Positions 63,661-64,000 of a stretch of 64,000 nucleotides of DNA are shown one piece after another. Under the pieces are notes generated by a model. That model saw nothing but the letters and a program-made list of their open reading frames with translations. It did no database searches and had not been told where the DNA came from. Each line of letters opens with the position of its first letter. Position 1 is the stretch's first letter. This stretch comes from the human T2T-CHM13v2.0 reference genome, Homo sapiens. The stretch lies in the NCBI RefSeq assembly GCF_009914755.1, contig NC_060928.1. One strand, 5' to 3'. Position numbers and translations under genes: made by a program.

Positions 63661-64000
63661 GACACAGCGCTTCCGGCGTCCGCTCCGGGTCTGGACCTCC
63701 TGGCGTTTGGATTGGAGACTGTGTTCTCTTCGCTGTTTAGTTAGCGAGCAGCTAGGGTGGAGTCGGCCTCAAAGGTTCCGCTCTCATGTCGGCAAGTGTG
63801 ATTTGAATTTTAAAACACTGAGCTTTGCCGGTGGAAGAGTTCCCAAGTTTATTCCGACCTACGGAAGCCCAGGAGGACCAGGATTACCGCTGCCGCTGGA
63901 TGCGTCCAGGGCCGGGATGCGCGACCGTGAGACGCTGCGCTTCCGAAGCCCTCGCAGGCTTCCGGGTGCCAGAGCAGGAGACATACCCTCTGTCCAGCCT

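Noticed and set aside
63624-63665. 14-codon in-frame extension upstream of the TMEM128 ATG
   Set aside because: Non-ATG start lying over the ETS-CRE promoter element, probably at or upstream of the TSS; the ATG has strong Kozak context.

Overview
Human (primate) genomic DNA that I recognise as the OTOP1-TMEM128 interval of chromosome 4p16. It holds the complete six-exon OTOP1 proton-channel gene on the minus strand: CDS = complement(join(4243..4413,12605..13542,17913..18043,21519..21577,28306..28442,41892..42294)), 1839 nt, 612 aa, all introns GT-AG. It also holds the complete TMEM128 coding sequence on the minus strand: complement(join(53258..53357,55742..55900,61623..61764,63527..63623)), 498 nt, 165 aa, plus a probable non-coding last exon. 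Each gene starts in a CpG island. The rest is dense interspersed repeat (about 40 Alus, L1, L2/MIR, MLT1 and ERV1-type LTRs, MER/Tigger elements, one decayed Hsmar2-like mariner) and microsatellites. Nearly all other ORFs in the track are Alu, L1, simple-repeat or GC-rich artefacts. I found no new protein-coding system. The most unusual signal is a set of local templated copies that transposition does not explain: a 216-bp direct duplicate in OTOP1 intron 3, a 247-bp inverted copy inserted into an L1 in intron 1, and a ~527-bp inverted copy inserted into the middle of an Alu, which leaves the OTOP1 promoter and exon 1 bracketed by inverted repeats. Repeat boundaries and subfamily names are by-eye estimates; exon boundaries were counted base by base.
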